Below, one piece after another: positions 12,720 through 25,891 of a DNA stretch of 64,000 bases. How positions within the stretch are numbered: the first letter of the stretch is position 1; each line of letters opens with the position of its first letter. Origin of the DNA: Penicillus capitatus. Taxonomy: Eukaryota; Plantae; Chlorophyta. Where the stretch lies: positions 124,001 to 188,000 of the forward strand of contig OZ287700.1 in NCBI GenBank assembly GCA_965649825.1. Reading direction: 5' to 3'. Made by a program: the position numbers and the translations under genes. The notes below the pieces were generated by a model. The model made no database searches and was not told the DNA's origin. It saw only the letters and a list, made by a program, of their open reading frames with translations.

Positions 12720-13979
12720 ATGGCGTCGAGTCTGATCACCACGCCGCCTCACGCGCGACGAACGCCATCGTCGGTTTGGGCTAAACGCTCGTCAATATGG
12801 CGCCGACCCGCACTCGAATCTTCTTCGCCGATGCCAATGCGTCGTCTGGGTCCGTTCGAGGTCTCGCCTCTGGGGCTTGGCACCTGGTCATGGGGCAATC
12901 GTTTCCTCTGGGGGTATTCTCCGGAGATGGATACAGAACTGCAACAGATGTTTAACTATGCCGTTTCCCATGGCATCAATCTCTTTGACACGGCGGACTC
13001 CTACGGTTCTCCGCCTGCTCATGTCTCTCCGAACGCAATGGGTGCCACAGGAACGGGACAATGGAACGGCAGGAGTGAGATTCTCCTTGGGCGTTTTCTC
13101 AAAGAGTTCCCCGACGATGCACGAATCCACATCGCAACAAAATTTGCAGCCTATCCCTGGAGGGTCTTCCCGGCGAACATCGTGGCAGCGTGCCGCGGTT
13201 CGTTGCGTCGGTTGGAAGCAGAGAGACTGTCCCTGGGTCAATTACATTGGTCGACAGCGAACTACGCTCCATTGCAGGTGCGATGATGGGTGGGCAGAAA
13301 TTCCTCATACCCTTCACGCAGCCTCTCGTTGCGACTGTCTTGTGTCGCGTACAGGAACGCGCGTTACAGAATGGCCTGGCACAGATTTACGAGAAGGGAT
13401 TGGTTGAGGCGGTCGGTGTCAGCAACTATGGACCCAAACAACTGGCCGTGATCCACAAGCGTCTCTCCAAGCGTGATGTTCCTCTGAGCTCAGCACAGAT
13501 TCAGTTCTCGCTTCTGAGCTACGGACCAGAGCAACGCGATCTGAAGGCCATGTGCGATGAGCTGGGCATCACGGTCATTGCCTACAGTCCATTGGCACTG
13601 GGATTGCTCACCGGTATACCATGGCATGGACGGAGACATGGAGACGCGTTTGCGCTTCGCAGGGAAGTTTGATGAGAACCATCTGCCTTCCGGTCCAAGG
13701 GCCGTCCTCTTCCGTCGTCTGCTTCCGCAAGTGAAAGAGCTCTTGGGGACACTCCATGCTGTTGGAAAAGAGAGGGGCAAGAGCATGGCCCAAGTGGCTA
13801 TCAACTGGTGTCTCTCCAAAGGCACCGTACCCATTCCGGGGGTCAAGAACATGAACCAGGCAATGGAGAATATGGACGCCCTCACTTGGCGATTGACGGA
13901 TAGTGAAGTGACCGTTCTCGAGGCAGCCGCCGAAAGAAGTGGTGGACAGATGTTGCAGAATGTCTTCCAGACAAAATAG
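12720..13979 (+). CDS. PLR1: Aldo-keto reductase, chloroplast pyridoxal reductase PLR1-like
   Basis: VSPLGLGTWSWGNRFLWGY, FDTADSYG, ATKFAAYPWR, QLHWSTANYAPLQ, AVGVSNYGPKQL, IAYSPLALGLLTG. Confidence 0.85.
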
Positions 13980-14337
13980 ACCATCATTATCATAACCGTC
14001 ATAGCGTTTCTTGATTGTTGTTGACGTTCTGCGACCTTCGGCAGAGGATCATAGGACTCAAAAAGCGAGTTGCCGTTAACAACCGAGATCATTCGAACGA
14101 CCGCTCAGTTACCACACAACAACAAGCGATAGGAGCAGCTCGGAGAACCGCAGGCGGCCTTGCAGTCTCCGCCCGTTTTATCAAGAGCATTATCTCTCAA
14201 GTCTTCGTCTCTTTCTTCCTTCCTCGCTGTCGCAGTGACGTTAAACATTCTCTCTCCCCACCCTGTTCACCATACTCCTACCCAGTAGACGGTGCGAGGT
14301 TCAAGAAAGTATTGAAACGCGGCGGGGTCCAGAGTCC

Positions 14338-17186
14338 ATGGAATCTGTTCGTCGTTCTTTATTCAGTGCCCTTGGGCACGTTTCGCAGTTAGAAAAGACT
14401 AACTGTGTCAATAAACAAGCAGAAGAGTATCGTCAAGAGGCGCACCGTCTGTGGGAAAGGAGAGAAGAAACTGAGATGCCTGCAGGCACGACCGTGGAAG
14501 ATCTCGTTGCGGTGATTACGTCACCAGCTCTGAAGCCGACATGGTTCAATATGACGCAACGTGGCTTGGCTTGCCTCGATTCCAGCGCATGCGCAGCGTT
14601 GCTCAAGGAGCTTTGTCGAAGAGGGCATTCGGCAGAGGCATTTCAGATATTTGATTGGCTAAGGTCGCTCGATGCGTCGCATGAACTCACGCGACTCCTC
14701 GATGTCTACACTTATACGACCATGATCGCTCAGTGCGGTACAGCCGAGAGGTTATCTCGCGCAGGAGAATTGATGCAAGAGATGCGACAGAGAGGGGTTC
14801 AGTGTAACGTGCATACGTATACGGCCCTGATGCATGTCTACGCCAAAACGGATCAGACGGATCTGGCATTGGGAGTGCCGGAGCTCATGAAGAAGGATGG
14901 GTGTACGCCAAATCTGGTCACGTTCAATACCTTGATCAATCTCTTTCGCAAGATGGGCGAATGGAAGCGGGCAGTTGATATCATTGATCTCATCGATGAC
15001 CTCGTAAGTCACTGTCTATGACGGAATCGTATGTGATGATGTGACATGTTGGGATGGTAGAATATCCAAGCGGAGGCAAAAACATACAACTCTGTGATTG
15101 GTGCCTGCAGCAGCAGCGGTGAACCTGCCCAGGCTCTCTATGTGTATCGAAGAATGCTGGCCAAGAATGTCAAGCCATCAGCTACGACTTATACAGCACT
15201 CATATCTGCCCACGGCAAGAAAGGCCTCATCGAAGAGGCGTTAGCAATTTTTTCAGACATGGTGCAACGGTGAGGCACATATGTCTTCTCACACTTTTTG
15301 ATGGGACACAACACTCTTTTGTGTTAGAGGCTGTGAGAGGAATGTCATCACCTACAGTTCCTTGATTGGCGCATGCGAAAAAACGGGGCAATGGGAGTTA
15401 GCTTTTGAATTGTTTCGTCGCATGAAATCGGAAGGGATTCAACCGAACATCATCACCTTCAATTCCATGATCACGACCTGTGCCAGTAGTGCGAAATGGG
15501 CACAGGCGTGCGAAGTGTACAACTACATGATTCAAGACGGCTGTCGACCCGATCCGACAACATACCTGACACTCCTCGGAGCATTGATGAAAGGACGAGG
15601 TCAATGGACAGCCGCTCTATCGATTGCCGAAGACATGCCTAGACACGGATACAGTCGTCCAGATCAGACAATCTACAACGCTCTCATGGAGATTCTTTGG
15701 ATCAGCGGTGACACATCTGCTCAGACGAAAGCATTGCAACTGTGGAGAACAGCTCAAGAGAATGGAATCATCAAGTGCAGACCGACGACCTCCATACAAA
15801 CCATCTATGCCATAATTGCTGTCTGCAGATTCGCTGTCCAGTTGCAAGGCAGAGAATTTACTGTTGAAGTTTTCACGTGTGCCGCAGCCGTGATTACCGT
15901 ACTCATGTGGCTCAAGAAGATAAAGTAAGGCCTGTTAAGATCCAGCGGAGGGACTGGCGCGAATGTGTGTCCTCTCAGAACGTATGGATTGGATGCGGAT
16001 GATATTTCATTGGCAATAAGATGCGGAAGACGTTCGGCTATCGAACAAAGCGTATCCGAAATACAGAGTGCTATTACTGGGGTGCTTACGGGGCTCAAGG
16101 CTCCATTTTCTGTTGTTTGGAATTCGGATCAGACGATCCACATCACGAGCACTGTTGGGGACAAGGTCCTGCCTAAGATCCCATAACAAACGCACATCCA
16201 CCTCTGACATCTCATGTGTCTACAGAAGCGGACAGAATGGTTTTGTGGAGAAGACTGTCGTGGAATGATGTGTATTCTCGAAGAGGCGACATCGCTGCCA
16301 CCGCTGACATCGGCCTTGCTTGTGGAACCCGCTCGAACAAGAGCGAATCGATGTGCCGCTGCCTATCGATCCGTCCTGTAAGGGAATGCCTTCCGCATGG
16401 GGCGCCATTGGAGGGTATGGTGGTGTTTAGGGATTTTGAAGTGCATCACAAGATCTACTACCCAGAGTTGTTGATAGATCTTCCGTTCGATCGCTCTTCG
16501 ATTGTACAGAGTGCTCTTTCGTATGCTAGAAGTCTCGGATTCAAACAGGAAACAGCGTTGGATGCCGTCTGGCTCTTCGATCGCATTGTGGCTTGTGGAG
16601 AATTCACGACACAGTATGTCCAAGAAAAACTGTCAATCATTGTCTGTGTCTGCGTTCTCTCCATTGGTACAGCGACAGAGAAACCTGCAGCCGCCACGGG
16701 GCTACAAGATCAGGGATTTGGCCTCGAGGTAGGCATGCATGCATGATGGGACAGGTGATCTCAGCGATGGTGTGTGTTTTCTAGGAGATGGTGTCCGTCA
16801 AAGCACAGATTCAACAAGCCCTACTTCACGATCTGTGTGCCTTGTCCCCATTGCGCATTCTCAGTTTGTTTGGGGAGCTTCTCGGAAGCTTCGCCCCTTT
16901 GGGCTTGTTTCTGAAGGATGAGCGAAATGTTATGAGTTCTGTGATTATCCGCGTCGCCCAGCATCCCATTTGTGTCCAGTTTCCTTCCAGTCTGTTGGCA
17001 TGTCTTGTCTTCTATGAGATTCGTCGCGTCTTGGACATCCATCCGTACTGGCCAACAGAAATGCAACGCTTAACCGGAAATACGTCCGAGTCGATTGAAT
17101 CCACATTGCAACACCACGCAGTCGTGACAGATATTATTTCCAAGCTTCTTCCTTGTCTAGTTCAAAAAACAATCTCATTTTCATGA
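14338..17186 (+). CDS. P-type PPR protein followed by an SMR-like segment and cyclin-fold region (probable PPR-cyclin fusion)
   Basis: About 9 PPR motifs (DVYTYTTMI, NVHTYTALM, NLVTFNTLI, NVITYSSLI, NIITFNSMI). Downstream cyclin-like ETALDAVWLFDR and QFPSSLLAC. Exons can be joined by short introns, but the 16.15-16.22 kb junction is ambiguous. Confidence 0.65.
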
Positions 17187-17738
17187 TCTGTTTACTAAGT
17201 GAGAAGTAGAACGTCAAAAAGTGTGTTTGGCTTGTTTAAGGCCAATAATCCGTGAGGCGCAGACAGTCGAGTCCATCAAATGAACAAGTCAATGTATTTG
17301 CGCGAGCACTGGTATTGTCAGCTGTTTTGAATTCTCTGGTTAGCTGATATTCTTTGATTGCTCAAGTTTTTTTGAACGTCAAGTTTTCGATGTAGATGAT
17401 GTTGAGCTTATTGTGTGGGCCTTAACTCATTCTTGTTATCTGACGAACATCGTGTGGGCTTATGTCTAGTTGCTCACACCTATACATGTCTGCTGACTGA
17501 CCGAACATTCGTAGCAGAAAGAGATCTGTGGGGCGATGATGCTAGTCTCGACTCTTTTCTGTTGATGACCTGTTTATTCTGAAAAGAAGGTTTCTGCTTT
17601 CAAGGCAATCTTAGGAAATCGAAATAAGGGCATGATAACGTTCTTTTCCTTGGCTTGTGGATAAGACGTCCGATCTGACCATTGGTTATTGACTGAGGAA
17701 AGAGATTTGATTAGACAACGCTAAAATCGTTTCACACT

Positions 17739-20700
17739 CTAAAGCTTTGAGTAAAAAAGTTCCAAGCTTCCAATCGTGGACAGATGGACTTCGTCTGGAC
17801 CGTCTGCAATTCGCAGAGATCGTGCCGCTCCGTACATCTGCGCCAAAGGAAAGTCATCACTCAATCCACTTCCACCGTGCATCTGCATGGCACGATCGAC
17901 GATCTCGGCGATCGTCTTGGGCACAAAGGCCTTGGCGGCTGCGATCTGTGCACGGGCATACTTCCCATGGTAACGATCCAATGCATCGGCTGCCGATAAG
18001 ACCAGTAGTCGTGCAGCTCTCCATTGCACAGCACATCGTCCGATGTCCATCCGAACCGAACCGTTCTTGGCCAAGGGCGTTCCGAACGCCACGCGACGAT
18101 GGACGCGATCCTTGGCCAACTCAAGCGCTCTCTTTCCGATACCGATCTACAGAACAGGTATCAAATGTGTGACGGGGTCGATGACGTGTGATAATGTGTG
18201 ACCAGTCGCATGCAATGGTGTAATCGGCCGGGACCGAGTCGACTCTGAGCCATCTCGAATCCCTGTCCCTCTTTCCCGAGAAGATGAGAAAGCGGCACAT
18301 GCACATTGTCGAAATGCACCTCTGCATGACCCACCGGTGCATCATCATAGCCAAACACAAGCATCTCCCTCTGAACATGGACACCTTCTCCACATGCCTC
18401 TATCAAAAACACTTGAATGCGATGGGCAATGCCTCGACCTGGATGATCCATGGGAATGAGAATCATAGACTGTTGTCGATGGGTGGGTTGTTGCACATCG
18501 GTCTTGCCCATGAAGATACAGAGCTGGACATTGGGATGCATAGCTCCACTGGTCCACCATTTCTTCCCGGATAATGTGTAGCCACTGCCCTGTCGTGTAA
18601 TTCTTGACTACCTCCACAACTGCCTTGCAGGTGACAGGGACAGCTGGATTCTTACTTGGATATTGGTCGCATCTGAAGAGGCCACGTGCTTTTCGGTCAT
18701 GGCAAAGCAGGAACGTATTTCTCCCCTCAGCAACGGCACAAGCCATGTCTTCTTTTGGACACCTGTCCCGTATCTGACGCCCATGAATCGGTGAGGCAGA
18801 GGAAAGGCAATGGATGGCTGACCGTGCCAGAATCTCCATGTTTCCTGTATCCGGAGCGCTACAGTTGAATACCTCGGACGCCCAAAGGCAACGACCCATG
18901 CGTTCTGCCACAAAGCTGTACTCCACATTTGTCAATCCAGGGCCACAAAGAGCGATTTTCTCTTCCTCGCTCAGATCGTCCAATTGTCGTATTTCTTTAG
19001 CCATGGCCGGAGGGATAAAGAGATTCCAGAGGCCTTCTCTCCGTGCCATGTCTTTGAGATGCTGCATCGGCGGGAAGACCTGCCACTTGTTGGGCGAATG
19101 CACATGTGCCTCCATCTGGGCCTCGAGCGGGAAAATGTGTGTGTCCATGAAATCGGTCACTCTCTTAACGAGATCACGGGCACGATCTCCGACGGAATAG
19201 TTGGCAAAATCGAACTCCGATAGCAACGACACGCCAGATGTTGGCATGGAAGGTGTGACAGACACTGATTTCGGCGTCTGGATGATCTGCAGAGCTCTCT
19301 CTGCGATCAACGTCACATTCCTTGGAGATCCAAGTCTTGATGCCAGTACCGAAGAAGCATTGCCCTAAGGGAGGAGAGTATTGGACGCAACCTTTGTAAC
19401 AGACGTGGGAATTTTTCGTTACTTGAGATGCCCTTGCACCCACTCCTTGACAAATGGATGCCCATCTGAAGAGAGCGAGCGCCTTGTAGAAGGCCCAATC
19501 GCGGGCATTAGGCGGTCGGGACTTCCGAACCAGACAGTAGTGTTCCACAAATGTTTCCTCTGATGGAATACCGAGTGTGGATGCATCGATCGTCTTTGGG
19601 AGATCTTTGCCAGGAGGTGCATAGAGAGGGAGACAGGCATAGGCCACATCCACCCATCCACTTCCCTGAGATGCAGTCCTCCTGAAGCGGATGAACAGAA
19701 AAGATACGGACATACCAACGTGGAGAGCTCCCAGTCTACGATCGCCCGAACGTTCCATTGGCCCCTTTCCTCGATAAAAATCAGATTTCCCAGCAAAAAA
19801 TCTCCTGTGCATCGCCGATCGGTTGTAAGGAAAGAAGGGACCAGGAAAAAAGTGTGACCATGTGTGATCACTGGGGCTGACGAAGAGGCGTCTGTTTGAG
19901 GGATGTTGTTCTCGAGCCAGGTCTTCAGTTCTGCCATGTGAGGATCGACATGCACTGTCGCCTGAGTGTACTGCCTCCACCATCGATGCACCTAATGCAC
20001 GGCTTACATCCAGTGAACACGATCTGTGGAAGACCTGTCGCCGGCAGTATCCAAAAGGCTTTCCAAAGTGATCCAGTCCGACTTCCGAAACATCAATGTT
20101 GTGCAATGCTCCCAATGTGGCTACACAGCAAAAGAGGATCGTAGTTTGTTCGTGCACTGTTATCAAATGACCGACTGGCAACGCTTCTGTAGACATGCTG
20201 TCTTTGATGAGGTAAGAGGGATGGAAGATTGGGGTCGGTAAACACTGTTCCCTGCAGAGCGCGTCCATATGGAGTGGCTCTTTGTGTGAGAGAGATGTGT
20301 GACCTTGACATGTTCCATGAGATAGAATGGCGTTCCGGTAATGGAGTTCTCCTCACAAAAGTGCAGAACATTGGGCACCTGTATCGTTCATGCATTAACA
20401 GATGTCGTGATCACACGGATCACTCTTCTTACAGGCAGCTGTGTTCGGGCCAACGCTTTGAGAACAGTAAACTCTCGTTCAATCTGATGCGCCGAAGGAA
20501 GGAGCTGTCCATTGGGCTTCTTTCGCAGGACCCATGATTCTTCTCCGCACTACCAAACGTACAAACAAACAGTGCGAGACGGACAATGACGGTCAGGTGT
20601 CACACTTTTAGGAGATAGGTGGGATTGGATTGACCATAAGTCAGTTGGAGAATGCGTAGATCGCGCTTTCCTTGAAAAACAGTAGGCAGCTGGTTCTGCA

Positions 20701-20760
20701 GGTAACAAAGGACCCTCTCCTGCAGCTTCGATTCAGCTTCTTTGTGTCATCGTGAGAGCA
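17739..20760 (-). CDS. IBR3: Peroxisomal acyl-CoA dehydrogenase with N-terminal phosphotransferase-like domain (ACAD10/11, IBR3-like)
   Basis: [72 protein letters not shown]; C-terminal SKL (PTS1). Start approximate. Confidence 0.85.
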
Positions 20761-20863
20761 TACCTACCTCGTCGAGTGCGAGGGACGGAATCGGCACCTT
20801 GCCGATGGTGTGCGTCTCGATCGCCATGCGTTGTCGTACAACGCCGACTCGCACCTGTCATCG

Positions 20864-22646
20864 ATGACCTCCACGATCGCACGGCCTCTCTCGATTGGCG
20901 GTGCACCACACAGAGTCAGCCATGTCCGGCGCCGGACTCAAGCCCCTAGCGCTTCTTCCTCTGTCTCTGCCGATTTCTGCGGTGCCGAAGGTGCCTTTCA
21001 AAGTCTGCTGATCTGATGTGACAGGCGTGTATGTACAGGCCATGTGCTGCAAAGGCCGTTTGTAGAAGGGAGAGGCAATGGGAAGAAGTATCACATCCAT
21101 ACTTTTGGCTGCCAAATGAATCTTGCAGATTCCGAGAGGATGGCTGGGTCATTAGATGCTGCTGGATACGAACACGTTGCCAATCCAGACATGGCAGATG
21201 TCTTAATCTACAATACCTGCTCGATTCGTGAAAAGGCAGAAGAGAAAGTTTACTCCGCCATGGGATCTCAAGTCGCATCCCTCAATGAAACAGAGCGGAA
21301 ATGAATGATGTGACAGGTCAAGAGAAAACGCCGTTCGATGCACGATCTCAAGATCGTTGTGGCAGGATGTATGGCAAAACAGACAGGGGAGACCCTTCTG
21401 CGTCGTGTCCCAGAAGTGGACATCATCATGGGTGCGTGTCGCCCACATACCATCATCCATTCTCCATTGGATCTGATAGATGACCCCTTTACCTTGCAGG
21501 GCCGCATTATGCCAATCGGATCGAGGATCTATTGGATCAAGCGGATCAAGGAAATCAGGTCGTCGCAACGGAGGAGATCGAGATCGAAGAGGACATCGCC
21601 AAACCACGCCGCAGTTCCGACATCACAGCCTGGGTCAATGTCATCTACGGATGCAACGAGCGCTGTACCTACTGCGTTGTGCCCAATGCTCGTGGACAGG
21701 AACAGAGTCGGACTCCAGACGCCATCAAGCGAGAGATGACCCTGCTTGGACAACAAGGTCGTCCATCGCCCTGTCCCATCACGCATCATCCATGCATGAT
21801 GTGACAGGATACAAAGAGGTGACACTTCTGGGGCAGAATATCGATGCGTATGGTAGAGATCTGCCAGGAATGGCATCCGATGGATCTGGACGCAGAGCAT
21901 GGTGTTTTACGGATCTGTTGAGGTACGTCCACGATGTCCCACACATCGAACGCATCCGTTTTGCCACATCGCATCCCAGATACTTCACCGAACGTCTCAT
22001 TCAAGCCTGCAGCGAACTGCCAAAGCTCTGCCAGTTTTTCCACATTCCTTTTCAAAGTGGCAACAACGCCATTCTCCGTGAGATGCGCCGAGGATATACC
22101 CACGAGCGATACCGAGACATCATTCACAACATTCGACGTCGTATGCCAGATGCCTCCATCAGCGGCGATGCGATCGTTGGCTTTCCGGGAGAGACAGAGG
22201 AGCAATTTCAGCAGACCATACAGCTGGTGTGTGATGTGGGATTCGATCGCGTGAATACAGCGGCCTACTCTCCGCGACCGCACACCCCAGCAGCGGCACG
22301 AGAAGACCAAGTGGCCGATCTGATCAAAATGGATCGACTCCATCGACTGAATCGGGTCGTCATGGACGTCGCCTCGCAACGCGCCCAGCGCTTCAGAGAC
22401 CAGACGCTTCAAGTCCTCGTCGAAGGTATGGACGATGATGACGCAGTCCTCCCTTTGGCAGCATTTGTGTGAGATATAGGGGTGAATCCCAAGAAGAGTG
22501 ATCAGGCCATGGGACGCACAGAGCATAACAAGATTGTGTTCTTTAAGGGAGATGGCCTTTCATTGAAAGGGAAGCTTGTGATGGTTCGCATCCAGGATGC
22601 CAAGGCATATACACTTTACGGTGCAATGACGTCCCATACTTCATGA
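20864..22646 (+). CDS. miaB: tRNA-2-methylthio-N6-dimethylallyladenosine synthase (organellar MiaB, radical SAM)
   Basis: [36 protein letters not shown] (CxxxCxxC), [25 protein letters not shown]; TRAM tail [11 protein letters not shown]. Confidence 0.92.
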
Positions 22647-24251
22647 CACTTCAGCAAGGACCGGCTCTTGAGATGCAATCTCTTTTAGAGACTCCCGTTC
22701 GATTTCGGACGCGATGCCGTCTTCGATATACAGAATCGTAAACTCCGGCTGCCGTAGTGTACGGACACTTCTCTTGAGCACATGAGGCCACCGGCCATAT
22801 CTAAACCACACAAAGATCACACATCCAGACACCCGCCTAGCACATCTGCATGCTGTCATGCGCTGACGCACCGAAAACTGTTCTGAAGTGTCTCGGAGCG
22901 CGTGGAGGGATCGAGGATGAGTAGACTGTACGTCACATCACCATGTCGTCCAGTCGTCACGAACCGTTCGATGCCAACAATGGTACGCGAGTGTCCGTCG
23001 TGCTGAAAGAAGAGTGGCGGCTTTCCCGTTGCCACAAAACGCTTCTTCAGATGGACGTCTTCGTCCTGTCGTTCATCGGTCGCATCGCTCTCGGCGAAGT
23101 AGTTCCACACCCACTGCATCAATCGTCCATGTCCTTGATCATCGGCCGTCTTCACTTTGGATTTCAGGCAGGGTCTATAGAGTGTCTGTTCCAGGAGTGA
23201 CTTCTGTTGATAGCAGTTCATACAGAGTCGCTCTCTCCAGTTTCCGGGCTTCTGGTATCGGACGCCACGGATGGGAGATACTTGACAGTTGAAGCATCTT
23301 GTGCCTCGATGAATTTCTTGCTGGCCACAGGGCAGAAAGGGAGCAAAGTCTTCGGCATTGCTGGTCTGGACACAATGCTCGCAGAGATCAAAATTATCAA
23401 CGTTCTGACTCGAGTAGCGCCTTCCCACAATGGGCTGCACTTTGCAAAAATCGCAGGAGATGCCTTCGTGTATCGTACCGCCATCATACAACGAATGATG
23501 TGACGAATGACGTCCGAGAAAATCCATAAAACGGACGCGGATGCCAAACTGCCTCAGTAGGGCAGCAATATCGATGGCACCGATCCATTTGGTCGTCCCT
23601 TGGACACTCCCTTCCAAACTGTGCTGCCCTGCCGGATCAAATCCTTGTTGCCAGGCACACTCTAACCACGCCTGTAGGGAGACAAGGTCTGGCACGTACT
23701 CCACTCCACCAAACAACGCCTCCCGAAACTGCGAACCCCTCAACAGGAGATGCGAAATTAACATCTGGCAGTTCTTGTAACCGCATCCCCAGCCTTTGTC
23801 CCCTGCCGATGTACAGAAATGCTGCATTGGACCTGCATCGCTCCATCATGGAGAAGGGCGTGGTGGTGTCTTGGAGCGAACCTGAGACGCAGAGAATGGA
23901 GTGGCCGTTCTCTGGAGGCCGTCCAGAGGTGTAGGCATGTTCCAGTGGGGCCAGAGAGTTGAGCCCGGCTTCGAATTGACCTTCCACTGTCTGCACTTCT
24001 TTGAGATGGGACGGCTCTGTTGGCAGGAATCCCATTTCCATTCGCCGTTTCTCCATCTCGGCAATCTTTTCCGTCCCATGCGGCGCGAACTCCGCAACGA
24101 GATCACCCAAAACGCTCGTCTCTGTCGGAAGCTGCACTGGAGAGGCCGTCCCCGATGCGAAGTGGCTATTGGCGTGGGTATTGAGTTCCTCAATACGAAA
24201 CGCTCGCCCACAGATGGGGCACAAATCCATGCCACTATCTACGTTGCTCAT
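22641..24251 (-). CDS. ZUP1: ZUP1/ZUFSP-type deubiquitinase (peptidase C78) with N-terminal UBZ finger and two internal ZZ-like fingers
   Basis: CPICG..LNTHANSHF; DKGWGCGYKNCQM (catalytic Cys); TTKWIG; FFQHDGHSRTIVG (His); LLILDP. Confidence 0.85.
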
Positions 24252-24889
24252 CGCCGTCGAACAATCGAGTCCGTGCTCTCCTCGTCCTGCCTGACAAGAC
24301 GTTTAAAGAAACCAACCGTCGTTCTTACAACAACCCCCAACGAACGGACGCACAATGAACGGGCTCAAGATGAGCACTTCTGCCTGCCATCAGGCTTTAT
24401 TCTTCTATTCTCTGTTAACACCTTGAAGAAGCTGTTAGACATTCTGACAATGGTGTATTGTCTCATGTTGTGTTTGGATGATGTTTGTGTTGTTGAAAGA
24501 CACAATTCTTGCTTTCTAACAGTCCAGAGAAAAATTCTCTTCTGCTCTTCTCCTACCGAGAACTTAAGCGTCTCAAAAAAGAGGGATTGTATATATTCCA
24601 TCCAACATAGGTCTCTGTGTCCGGTGCTTCGGAGGCATCTCCATCGCATGGGATTCTTGCCTGATGACGCACTGTTCGCTGCTTCTTTCCATCTCATATG
24701 TACATTCGTAGAAGGACACGGGATTACAAGAACAGCAGCTTGAAGTACCGAGAGGTGTCGAGATTTCATCATCATCATCATCTGAGGAGGAGGAATGATG
24801 ACGAGCATTCCGCTTCATCAGCACAGCCCCAAACTGCACAACCATGGAGAGCTCTTCAATGCAACGGGCACAAATTCCAGACGATAGCA

Positions 24890-25891
24890 TCAGTTGTGGT
24901 TCAGTTGGAGGAAATGGTAGGAACGCATGGTGCGTTTGAGAGGTCTCTGTGATGATGTGATCTCTACTGTTCTCTCCTTACGTTTGTTCTTCGATTTGTT
25001 CTTTTCATTCCAGACTTCCAGTAGCTGCATGGCAACTTCCTCCTCTTCTCCTCCGTGCTGCAGCCTCCGTCGACAATCCTCATGCTTCATGATCTGATAT
25101 GCGACCTGTTCTCCCACTTTCTGTCGCAGACAGTGTCGCACGAGCTTTGAGAGATCACGTTTCATGAATTCTCGATACACATCGGCCAATGGCGTGTCCA
25201 CCAGTTTAGATAGTTCATTTCGGGGGACTTTGCACAGGATGCGGTCACCCATGAGGCGAAAGACTTTCTGGACGCGTTCTTTGAGATCCAAAAATTCTTC
25301 GGTGCCTCCCTGAGGATAGGCAACGCAGAAGTCCAACGCTGTCAGCGGATCTGTGCGGCAGGTATCGACCAGTTGCGCAGCTCTTCGATGGGCTTTGAGG
25401 CGCGAGTGAACTGTGTTTCTCTGGATGCGTGTATTGCGATGCTTTCCCAGATAGTCTCCAAAAACGAAGGGGCGCAAATCTCGGCGCACACTCGTGACTT
25501 GAATGCCGGTTTGATGTTCAAGCCGTATGCGTTTTTGCACCAGCGCCTCTTGCGTTGCCTTTCGCTTCTGACGCGCTTCCCACATCTCTTTTCCACTACG
25601 TAGTCGCCCTAAATACTCCGCCTCGACGCGAATGTATTTACGGTATTTGAAGCGACGATTCGCAGAACGATCTCGCGAGTCAAGCACATCCAAGTCCTTC
25701 GCTGCGCATTTGAAACGCGACATCGCTTGTGAAATGCAGACTTCTTCGGGTTGGGTGGCTGAGCAACGGCGACAGCAGAACTGAAGACGGATGCCGTAGC
25801 GGGAACAGCCATCCACGATGCTTCCGCAATAAACACAGAAGTGGCAGCGCATGAAATCTTCCAAGACAGCTACCTTCGCTATCTCAGCCAT
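24890..25891 (-). CDS. XPA/Rad14-like zinc-finger family member A (uncharacterised expanded family)
   Basis: CVYC..CRRC finger; shared core FCVAYPQG..EFLDLKER..F.LMGDRI..DTPLADV..EFMKRD. A spliced tail (donor gtaagg near 24980) is possible. Confidence 0.7.
   Translation of the reverse strand: MAEIAKVAVLEDFMRCHFCVYCGSIVDGCSRYGIRLQFCCRRCSATQPEEVCISQAMSRFKCAAKDLDVLDSRDRSANRRFKYRKYIRVEAEYLGRLRSGKEMWEARQKRKATQEALVQKRIRLEHQTGIQVTSVRRDLRPFVFGDYLGKHRNTRIQRNTVHSRLKAHRRAAQLVDTCRTDPLTALDFCVAYPQGGTEEFLDLKERVQKVFRLMGDRILCKVPRNELSKLVDTPLADVYREFMKRDLSKLVRHCLRQKVGEQVAYQIMKHEDCRRRLQHGGEEEEVAMQLLEVWNEKNKSKNKRKERTVEITSSQRPLKRTMRSYHFLQLNHN

Noticed and set aside
24573-24890. Separate 105-aa gene
   Set aside because: No ATG start or motifs; at most a spliced tail of family member A.
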